Shown: positions 56,580-64,000 of the stretch, one piece after another | Position numbering within the stretch: position 1 is the stretch's first letter | How the letters are laid out: every line of letters starts with the position of its first letter | DNA from: a virus | Lineage: Duplodnaviria; Caudoviricetes | DNA: 64,000 nucleotides | Reading direction: 5' to 3' (one strand) | IMG/VR virus record: IMGVR_UViG_3300021399_000134 | Location: 1-64,000 of that record | Position numbers and translations under genes: made by a program | Notes under the pieces: generated by a model | The model's input: only the letters and a program-made list of their open reading frames with translations | What the model was told of the DNA's origin: nothing | Database searches by the model: none

Positions 56580-59181
56580 TGGATTTTCTAGTGTAGTTAG
56601 TAAAGCATTTAAGAAATTTTTCTTTATTGGATAGGTACAATATATTCATTAATTTATTACCTAATGTTAAAAATTCCTTACTACGAATTTCGGTTGTGCC
56701 TGGTTTACTTTTGCGTTTAGTCCTATACTTTGGTTCGAGAGTAGCTCTTATTACATAATGCATAGTGTGAAGAGAAATTTTATACTTTTTTAATGCATCT
56801 ATTATTTCTTGTATTTCCATTAACATAACCTCTTCATCATAACCATCCATAGCAACTAATTGACAAGTCTTATAATATTTTTCAGCAATAGTTTTTATCT
56901 TATGACCTTGCCTACGATTTACTTTTGGTAATTCATCAATATCAGTAATGTAATACCCTATATAATCAGCAGATGTACGTGGAGTTTTAGCAATACAGTT
57001 TAACCAATCCTGAACATAATTCATAGGGCATTGAATGTCGTAATTAATTTTCTCTTTTATTTTATTACGCTCTTTCTTAACCTCGTTGTATGGTAGCGAT
57101 CTGCCATTCTTGGAAGTCTTTACGGTTTTTGTATACTTCATAAAGTATGGTAGGGCATGACCTGATTGCATACATTCCATATTGCGTATGCGTTTTATTT
57201 CTTTGGCAGTATCAATGTTATATGAACGCTTTATGCCATCTATAGCCACTTGAGCAATAACAGCTAAAATAACAAAGTTTTCATATAATTGCCTAGCAAC
57301 TTGCATATCAGGCTTTTCTTTTGCTAATTCAGTCCAATATAAACTCACTGCAATTTGTGCAAGGTTTGATGATTCCCCTATATCCCTTTGTGCTTTAGCC
57401 ATATTGGAATCCATCTTTGCAAAATCTTCTGGTGTGTTATTATAGGTTAAACCACTTTCAGCAATTTCGTTTACTACTGTAGGATATTCCTCGTAGCATT
57501 GTTTAGCACTCTTTACTAATACTTCTTGGTTAGTAACAAATAAAAAGTCTGAATCAAAATCTGAACCATTACTCCTATCCTGAAAGTCTGTGCCTATATT
57601 ATTTATGGCTATTATGTTTTGTGAAAATGCAAAGTATTTATCCATCTCAGGAGAGTAGTGGTTATGCAAGTAAATTATATTATTGCTACTATTATGTGGG
57701 GAACGATACCCTGCGAGATACTCGCCATCCTTAAATCTTCTAGTGTAACATTGAATTACACCAGTTTCTTGACATAGGGTAGGGTCTGCTTGCCAATTTT
57801 CGCCTACGCTATACAGCAATAAAGCATAAGGATTACCACAAGTAGTTAGGTTATCTCCTTCAACAATTATTTTACCTGAACGCAATTTAGTAACATAACT
57901 TTGAATGATACGCCATTTCTCTTCTCTAAAATAATCGCTATTAGCGATTGTAGGGTAGTGGTGGTACAAGTCTGCCAGCATTTCATAATGATTTACTAAA
58001 GTTGCATTTTTTCTTAAAAACTTTTCATATTCATCACTATCTTTTTTTAGTAATTCCACATATTTAACAGTAGTGCTTACAACATCCCTTACTTCATCCT
58101 TAGTGCAAGGTATAGTATTAACCATCTGGTAACTCATTTGTTGCACATTACCTAGTTTAGAAGTGTGGTCAGTTTTAACAATACCCCAGTATTCGCCATC
58201 TGCCTTTACTTTATCACACCAATATGCATAAGGGTTATCGCCCATTATATCCATAAACTTTTTCCACTTAATTGCATTATCAGTAGTAATAATCTTTATA
58301 TCCTTTACTAGATGTGTATTACCAAACATATCTGTAATAGTAGCAGTATCATACTCAGCACCGTAATAATCCTTAAAAAACATTTGCATCCTAGTTTTAA
58401 AAGCACAAGCCTTAAAAAAATGATTACGCAATAAGCACATACCATTTATCCAATCAGGACAACTATCAATATCAATTAATGCCATACCATCCCACACAGT
58501 ATTGCATACATCTCGCTCTTCCGTTATAACATGACATTGTTCCCCATCGGAATATACAACCTCAGCCATAGTTTTATATAAACTATCCTTATCATTTAAA
58601 ATTACTACGTCATTGACTGGAATATGTACAACACCTTCTATAGTAGAAGTGGAGAGTGGGGCATAAGCTGATAATTCAACTATTTTAGCTTTTTCTTGTG
58701 GTAAGCGTAAACCCATTGTTAACCACTGATGCGCCTTATCGTATAATTCTGCTCTAATAAACATGCATTGACCTGTCTTGGCTTTAGAGGGATTACGATA
58801 CAACATCTTATAATGAATTACTTCATCATTATAATATTTAATATCTACGCCATTCTCATAAAACATTTTGCGTAATTCTTCCTTACTTATTTTGACATAC
58901 TTATCAGAATTTTTAGTACATCTTTCTAGTAATTCATTCTTTCGCTCATCATCTAGTTTTAATGCTTTTATGTGTCGCATTTCGTCAGCAAAATCCCTAG
59001 TACCAAAATTAAATTTGATACATACTATGTCTTTTGTGCTTTGTATCTCTGGCATATGTCTACTAAACAAACTGTCGCAAAACATAGCGTCTGTATAATC
59101 ATATCGGTCTCTTAAACCTATATTATACAAGTACAATGTTGCAGCATGAAATGTGCGTATCTTTAAACTAATTACAATCAC
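56569..59181 (-). CDS. YonO-type single-subunit two-barrel phage RNA polymerase (RdRP-related)
   Basis: MLYRNPSKAKTG, RNHFFK, YRSPHNS, catalytic NGSDFDSDF; synteny with HU and terminase as in SPbeta yonO-yonN. Confidence 0.88.
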   Translation of the reverse strand: MIVISLKIRTFHAATLYLYNIGLRDRYDYTDAMFCDSLFSRHMPEIQSTKDIVCIKFNFGTRDFADEMRHIKALKLDDERKNELLERCTKNSDKYVKISKEELRKMFYENGVDIKYYNDEVIHYKMLYRNPSKAKTGQCMFIRAELYDKAHQWLTMGLRLPQEKAKIVELSAYAPLSTSTIEGVVHIPVNDVVILNDKDSLYKTMAEVVYSDGEQCHVITEERDVCNTVWDGMALIDIDSCPDWINGMCLLRNHFFKACAFKTRMQMFFKDYYGAEYDTATITDMFGNTHLVKDIKIITTDNAIKWKKFMDIMGDNPYAYWCDKVKADGEYWGIVKTDHTSKLGNVQQMSYQMVNTIPCTKDEVRDVVSTTVKYVELLKKDSDEYEKFLRKNATLVNHYEMLADLYHHYPTIANSDYFREEKWRIIQSYVTKLRSGKIIVEGDNLTTCGNPYALLLYSVGENWQADPTLCQETGVIQCYTRRFKDGEYLAGYRSPHNSSNNIIYLHNHYSPEMDKYFAFSQNIIAINNIGTDFQDRSNGSDFDSDFLFVTNQEVLVKSAKQCYEEYPTVVNEIAESGLTYNNTPEDFAKMDSNMAKAQRDIGESSNLAQIAVSLYWTELAKEKPDMQVARQLYENFVILAVIAQVAIDGIKRSYNIDTAKEIKRIRNMECMQSGHALPYFMKYTKTVKTSKNGRSLPYNEVKKERNKIKEKINYDIQCPMNYVQDWLNCIAKTPRTSADYIGYYITDIDELPKVNRRQGHKIKTIAEKYYKTCQLVAMDGYDEEVMLMEIQEIIDALKKYKISLHTMHYVIRATLEPKYRTKRKSKPGTTEIRSKEFLTLGNKLMNILYLSNKEKFLKCFTNYTRKSNKL

Positions 59182-59220
59182 CCACTTTCTAAAAATACTT
59201 CTTCTTCTAATAATAACCGA

Positions 59221-60387
59221 TTAACTATTAAAATTCAAGAGCCAAGTGTTAAATAATGTACGCATTCTGATACTAGGTACATATATATTTACAGTTTCGC
59301 CCTTCCTGATTCTACTTCGCCATATAAATTGTAGCATTTCTGATAAGGCATATTCATCCTCGTCTATCTCTACATTATAACTAGCAAAAAACTTTCTGTC
59401 ATACGGATTAACATATCTATTTACTAAATATGCTATAGAACTCTTGTCTGAATATTTATTAGTGGCTAGCATATTTAATGATACAAAACCTAGTTTGTAC
59501 CCTCCACCACTTACCTGCTCTTGGTAGTCCATAAAAGTAGTCCACATGTTTTGCTTGCTCTTGCTCGTTACCACCTTATTAAAATAATTTTGCGTGTTTC
59601 GCCTGAGCGTTTCTAGTTGATCTGGACTAGCTTTCTCATACCATAATTTACATAAAGACCTCGGTTTACTCCCTATATCATTTATTTTGTGCTTATTGAT
59701 TATGTTAAATAATTCTAGATTTAAATGCCTACTTTGACTCTCTAGGGTAAATTTGCTATTCTTAACCCACATCTTCTTATACTTTACTTCATTTAATTTA
59801 AAGTACCAAGAGAGTGGCTGCCCTTCAAATTTATACGTTAATATATATACTTCCCTAAAAGCATAAAACATCCTGATAGGAAACATTGAGTAAAAATACT
59901 GCCCCTCATCATAATACAAATCTCGTATCTTCATCGCATTCCTTAAACTATTAAACGCTCCAAACGGATGCCCTACCCATTGTATACCATGCCTACTCTC
60001 TACTATTAAACCTACTCGCTTTAACTCATTATAGTCTTTCTGGTTGAATTTTAAATCTGTCTTGTATTTACCTACTGGATTGATACACTCATCCATTATT
60101 AAAGTGTATCCTCTGTCTTGTATCATCTTCCTACATTCATTGTCAAACTTATGGAATAACGCATGAGTACATACTATATCTACTCCTTGATACAACAACC
60201 ACTTTACATTCTCTATCTTACTATCACCCTTTGGACTTATCATTCGACACTCCCCACTATACCGACTTACTTCCGATAAGTATGGCGTTACTACTAAGAA
60301 TTTCTTCCTCTTCTCTGTTTGTATCTTCTGAATTGCACTTTTCGTTTTTCCACTTCCCATTATATCATCTACTACATATACCCTGAT
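59221..60387 (-). CDS. SF2 helicase-like/P-loop protein (probable ATC start at 60387)
   Basis: DDIMGSGKT Walker A, LIMDE Walker B, LQFIWRSRIR motif VI-like. Confidence 0.75.
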   Translation of the reverse strand: MRVYVVDDIMGSGKTKSAIQKIQTEKRKKFLVVTPYLSEVSRYSGECRMISPKGDSKIENVKWLLYQGVDIVCTHALFHKFDNECRKMIQDRGYTLIMDECINPVGKYKTDLKFNQKDYNELKRVGLIVESRHGIQWVGHPFGAFNSLRNAMKIRDLYYDEGQYFYSMFPIRMFYAFREVYILTYKFEGQPLSWYFKLNEVKYKKMWVKNSKFTLESQSRHLNLELFNIINKHKINDIGSKPRSLCKLWYEKASPDQLETLRRNTQNYFNKVVTSKSKQNMWTTFMDYQEQVSGGGYKLGFVSLNMLATNKYSDKSSIAYLVNRYVNPYDRKFFASYNVEIDEDEYALSEMLQFIWRSRIRKGETVNIYVPSIRMRTLFNTWLLNFNS

Positions 60388-60415
60388 TTTGACCACCTCC
60401 TCAAATGTGCTAAAT

Positions 60416-60444
60416 ACTATACTACTTACTTGCTTATTTGTCAA
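60416..60444 (-). promoter_or_regulatory. sigmaA promoter driving the helicase-RNAP-HU operon
   Basis: TTGACA-17 bp-TATAGT. Confidence 0.8.
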
Positions 60445-60479
60445 ATCTAAACTGTATTAAGTGTAATAATACAGTTAGT

Positions 60480-60488
60480 TGTGGATAA
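60480..60488 (-). promoter_or_regulatory. consensus DnaA box
   Basis: TGTGGATAA = reverse complement of TTATCCACA. Confidence 0.4.
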
Positions 60489-61355
60489 GTTGAAAATTTA
60501 AAGAAATCCCTCAACCACGGGCAAAACTCGGAATTTGACCTTCCTTTTTTCACAACCTAAACCCTAACCGAAGGACTACACTCAGGAATGTATTCCTTCC
60601 CTTATTCTTTATCCATTATACAGTGACGCTCTGTAATACCTATAAATACGCTGGTTTTAAAACATTTTTCGAAAAAAGGTATCTAAATATTATCTTTTTG
60701 GTTAGTATTCTAGAAATCAAAAACCGCGTATTTACGCCATTCTTTGTAATTTTTCGAAAAAATTCTAATTCCTTTTTAAGATTTTTGGAAAAATCCTCTT
60801 AAACCCTTTATTTACGCTATTATTCTACATATTTATATTTATATACCATATTAATATTGATATACTTATATATTGTTATTAATACTGGTATACTTATATA
60901 TTGATTCTGGTATGTTTATATATTCTATATTCTATATTTATAGTTTATTATCTAGTTGTAATATGTTATATATTATTTCACATATATATCTATATTGAAA
61001 ATATTATGCAATCTACGTACTTACTTTGCTTATATATTATTCTTATACTCTCTATTTCGTATGTTTGAAAAGAATTATATCGTATATGTGAAAAAGGTAG
61101 CTCCTCCCTGGAATAACACAAATGGCGTATTTTCGGTATTTTCTAGCCCCATATCTTGCCTCAAATTTTGATAAAACAAATGTGCGTTTGGAAAAACACT
61201 ATTTGCAATAAATCGTAGTTCGCGTTATTCTGCAATTGCATCGTTGGAAAAACAATGCCATCCCGAAGGGATGAGAACAAACAAAACAAAACAATATAAA
61301 ATCCCGTTCACGCGTAAATATATATATGCGCGGGCAGGTAGAAAGAAGGTTACTT

Positions 61356-61901
61356 ATGAAAAAAAAGAATATCGAAAAGTATCTAGTGCTTAAGTGTACT
61401 ACAAGCGAGGAATTTTTAGAAATCCTTGCGAAGGTCATGGATTATAATCCAACTATATTAGATGATAATCCACTTGAAATTGGCAGAAATGAACAAATTG
61501 AAAAACAGAAAATCGACAATTTAGCAAGTGCAAGGGAACGTCAAATTGCAAAATACCGCTATGTCAACAATAGCAACAAAGTTAACTATGATATAGTAAA
61601 AGTCGAAAATCCTAGAATTAATAAAAATGACGCTAGCACCTTACAAGGAACATTTTACATGATTAAAGTAAGCAATTACACTCTAATTAGAACGGCGATT
61701 AATACTATAATCAAAGACACATTGCCTAAGGATAAGGTTATCACAGCTTTTTGGAATTATGGAAAAGGTGACAAATATTATAATGTAACATTGTTTAAGG
61801 ATAAAAAGGATATTGAAAAATATGTGAACACTTTACCGACTCATATTACTAAACACGATGTTATTTTGCGAAACGGCGATAAAGTATTAATTGAGTGCTA
61901 G
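61356..61901 (+). CDS. orphan hypothetical protein, 181 aa
   Basis: SD GAAAGAAGG before ATG 61356; own terminator. Confidence 0.75.
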   Translation: MKKKNIEKYLVLKCTTSEEFLEILAKVMDYNPTILDDNPLEIGRNEQIEKQKIDNLASARERQIAKYRYVNNSNKVNYDIVKVENPRINKNDASTLQGTFYMIKVSNYTLIRTAINTIIKDTLPKDKVITAFWNYGKGDKYYNVTLFKDKKDIEKYVNTLPTHITKHDVILRNGDKVLIEC

Positions 61902-61924
61902 TTATTAATCAAATTTAGGTTTTG

Positions 61925-61958
61925 GGGCTTGTTATCATTATGATAACAAGTCCTTTTT
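61925..61958 (+). terminator. intrinsic terminator
   Basis: GGGCTTGTTATCAT / ATGATAACAAGTCC plus TTTTT. Confidence 0.75.
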
Positions 61959-62032
61959 AATTGCAATTTTTTTTGGTAGACACCCGATGTTAACTTTTGG
62001 TGTCGCAATTGAAAATTTTTTTGGGATAGATC

Positions 62033-62169
62033 TAGTTATCGCATGCGTAATAACTAAGGATTTTTTTAAAAACCCCCAGGAGTTACGTGTCGTGTAATAA
62101 CTAGGGCTTTTTTAAAAAACCCAGAGTTGTTATGTATATGTGATAACTAAGGCTTTTTTAAAAAACCCC
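62033..62169. repeat. three tandem ~46-47 bp degenerate repeats
   Basis: GTTA-N11/12-TAACTARGG(C/A)T6-7A5-6C3-5; ATAACTA at 62050, 62097 and 62143. Confidence 0.9.
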
Positions 62170-62184
62170 GAAAGGAGAGAGAGT

Positions 62185-62316
62185 ATGTTAGAGAGAGATA
62201 AATATAGCTGGATTATTTACTCGAAAGAACGAGTAAACATTTTTGAAAATGGCACATTTTTGTGCCAGTGCAATTACGATGAGCTTTTGGCATGGAAAAG
62301 CCAGTATATTGATTAG
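62185..62316 (+). CDS. small early hypothetical protein, 43 aa
   Basis: Translated manually; SD GAAAGGAG. Confidence 0.6.
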   Translation: MLERDKYSWIIYSKERVNIFENGTFLCQCNYDELLAWKSQYID

Positions 62317-62330
62317 AGGAGGTAAAGAAT

Positions 62331-62657
62331 ATGATAATTAGTAATGAGGCTATGAAATTATTAAGAAAACTTGGGGACTTTGTGAAAAGTCACCCTCTAT
62401 ATGATGAAGAGTGGATTCAAGATGAGATATGGTTTGGAAAGATGAAAAAGGTTTATGAAGCCTTAGAAGAAACATTAAAGGATGATAATGGTTATAATAC
62501 GGAGTATATGCTCCATGTATATAACCACAAGTGGGAAAACCACAAAAAAGTATATTGTGAACCTTGGTTTGCAATATACCAGAATAGTGAAGTTGAGGTC
62601 GAACCTGGGTTGTTTATGTGGGAACTCACGGATGCTCGTAACATCAAACTTAGTTAG
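62331..62657 (+). CDS. early hypothetical protein
   Basis: SD GAGGAGGT; ORF track. Confidence 0.75.
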   Translation: MIISNEAMKLLRKLGDFVKSHPLYDEEWIQDEIWFGKMKKVYEALEETLKDDNGYNTEYMLHVYNHKWENHKKVYCEPWFAIYQNSEVEVEPGLFMWELTDARNIKLS

Positions 62658-62688
62658 TAGTAGGATTTATACAGTTAGGAGTAGGAAT

Positions 62689-62892
62689 ATGAAAGAGGTA
62701 ATAGGAGAGTATATATATGCACACGCATATGCTTTTTTTGTAATCCCAACAATAATAGAGGTAGTGTTGGGAATATGTGTGTTAATTGTTCCATTTATTA
62801 TTGGTATCGTTGTTTGGATTGGGTTGTTTTTGCTTTTTGAGTGGGCAGAAGCAGTACACGTACAGAATATATACAAGAAGAAAGGATGGTAG
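62689..62892 (+). CDS. small membrane protein
   Basis: SD AGGAG; long hydrophobic stretch. Confidence 0.65.
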   Translation: MKEVIGEYIYAHAYAFFVIPTIIEVVLGICVLIVPFIIGIVVWIGLFLLFEWAEAVHVQNIYKKKGW

Positions 62893-62894
62893 CA

Positions 62895-63089
62895 ATGTTA
62901 GTTTATTTGGGTGAAGTGTCGGAAGACACTAAAGATTTATTATTAAGAAAATTCCCTAGTCACATTTGCGTGACAGGAGAATACCCACATAGTAGACGAT
63001 ATGAAGTATCTGTTATATGGGTAAATGAGAGCAACAAAAAAGGTTTGGCATGGTTTGTAAAAACTGTGTCTAGGAAGTATATCAGATAG
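62895..63089 (+). CDS. small early hypothetical protein
   Basis: SD AAAGGA 8 nt upstream. Confidence 0.6.
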   Translation: MLVYLGEVSEDTKDLLLRKFPSHICVTGEYPHSRRYEVSVIWVNESNKKGLAWFVKTVSRKYIR

Positions 63090-63102
63090 GAGGTAATTTA
63101 AC

Positions 63103-63255
63103 ATGGTAGAATTATTAAGTGAGATTTATGATGCCGTTAAGACGGCAGAAGAATTGCAGTATGAAGATGCTGTAATTATCAAATTAATGAATGCTCAGTC
63201 AAGTGGCGAGATTGAGCATATCTTAATCGACGCTCGCCACAATTCAGGATATTAA
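63103..63255 (+). CDS. small acidic early protein, 50 aa
   Basis: Translated manually; SD AGGAGGT. Confidence 0.65.
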   Translation: MVELLSEIYDAVKTAEELQYEDAVIIKLMNAQSSGEIEHILIDARHNSGY

Positions 63256-63278
63256 TAATCACGATAGGAGGTAATGTA

Positions 63279-63452
63279 ATGAGTAAAAAGTTTTATGATG
63301 AAGTGTGTGCCTTAATGGCACGGTTGGAAGTAGAGGATGTAGATGTAGTAACTACCAAAGTGCGAGAAATCGCACAATGGTTTGCGGACCAGAGATTTTT
63401 TGTGTTGTATAACGTGTCATCTGGCACTTATACAATATCGGTGGCATGTTAG
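63279..63452 (+). CDS. small early protein, 57 aa
   Basis: Translated manually; SD AGGAGGT. Confidence 0.65.
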   Translation: MSKKFYDEVCALMARLEVEDVDVVTTKVREIAQWFADQRFFVLYNVSSGTYTISVAC

Positions 63453-63649
63453 TGCATATAATGGCTCGTAATAAATCCCACGATATAATGTGGGTAGAGC
63501 CTATCAGGTCAATATCTGTCCGCAAGGACGGACTGAGAGAGTGTACGGTTAGAAGTGGGGCAGTCAGAATATGTCCCAAGCATGATGTCAAGAAGATGGT
63601 GGACTTGTCGTTCAATGGCAAGTCCTTTTTGATTGTGCCATACACATGA
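63446..63649 (+). CDS. small early hypothetical protein
   Basis: ORF track; overlaps the upstream gene. Confidence 0.5.
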   Translation: MLVHIMARNKSHDIMWVEPIRSISVRKDGLRECTVRSGAVRICPKHDVKKMVDLSFNGKSFLIVPYT

Positions 63650-63664
63650 AAGGAGAGAGTAAGT

Positions 63665-63877
63665 ATGTTATTAAGAATTATTTGTGATAATAATACACGC
63701 TCGATATATGAGCGTATTGAAGGGTTCAAGCCCGTAAAGGGCAAGAACCAATATGCCTTTTATCAAAAAAATGGCAAATGGTACGGTTGTCGTTCCTATG
63801 AAATTACTAATAAGTTACCGTTAAACAAGAGTAATTATTGGCAATTAGGTAACTTATATGTCAAGAAAGTGAGGTGA
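63665..63877 (+). CDS. small early hypothetical protein
   Basis: SD GAAAGGAG; ORF track. Confidence 0.65.
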   Translation: MLLRIICDNNTRSIYERIEGFKPVKGKNQYAFYQKNGKWYGCRSYEITNKLPLNKSNYWQLGNLYVKKVR

Positions 63878-63882
63878 TGAAA

Positions 63883-64000
63883 ATGACAGTAAGACATTTG
63901 AAGAAATTATTAAATAATTTTAACGATGATGAGACCGTATCATTATTGATAATGGTGAGTATGAAGCAAATGAAGCTAATGAAATCATTTTTGCGTATAA
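63883..64000 (+). CDS. partial hypothetical protein running off the window
   Basis: SD GAGGTG; open to the window end. Confidence 0.45.
   Translation, partial: MTVRHLKKLLNNFNDDETVSLLIMVSMKQMKLMKSFLRI

Noticed and set aside
62033-62169. Mini-CRISPR or TIGR-like guide array
   Set aside because: The variable cores of units 1 and 3 differ only by transitions (CGCATGCGTAA vs TGTATATGTGA), so they are diverged copies rather than acquired spacers. They are too short, and no cas or Nop-domain gene is recognisable.
1-64000. Alternative genetic code (stop-codon reassignment)
   Set aside because: Long ORFs tile the genome under the standard code and end in TAA, TAG and TGA with tight coupling. The tail-tube case is isolated.
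63930-64000. Possible frameshift in the last ORF (alternative frame reads IIDNGEYEANEANEIIFAY)
   Set aside because: The ORF is truncated by the window edge, so an indel cannot be told from chance.

Overview
AT-rich 64 kb segment of a large temperate siphovirus of a low-GC Firmicute (Clostridia-like host inferred), with SPbeta-like gene order. It appears to be in the excised or virion configuration, because a candidate attP is intact. Left end (+ strand): an IscB RNA-guided nuclease with the 3' part of its omegaRNA, then a PAPS-reductase-like gene, two HTH genes, a ThyX-like gene, dUTPase, excisionase, candidate attP and a tyrosine integrase. Middle (- strand, ~60.4 kb to 7.4 kb, in transcription order): helicase-like gene, YonO-type phage RNA polymerase, HU-like protein, terminase, portal, a fibre-like cassette, head genes, tail genes, a 4631-aa tape measure, baseplate, a glycosyltransferase, three modular fibres and lysis genes. 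Right end: a motif-rich non-coding control region, an orphan gene, a 3-unit ~46-47 bp array and small early ORFs (+). Most notable: a GT2 next to a Ser/Thr-rich baseplate protein (possible virion glycosylation); a miniature IS200/IS605 element inserted in the portal stop region that may still make a guide RNA; an in-frame extension past the tail-tube TGA; an IF2-N-like domain on a head-region protein; probable ATC/ATT starts for the helicase and RNAP genes; and a repeated 8-6-8 operator palindrome. Product calls come from motif recognition and synteny only; no database searches were run.
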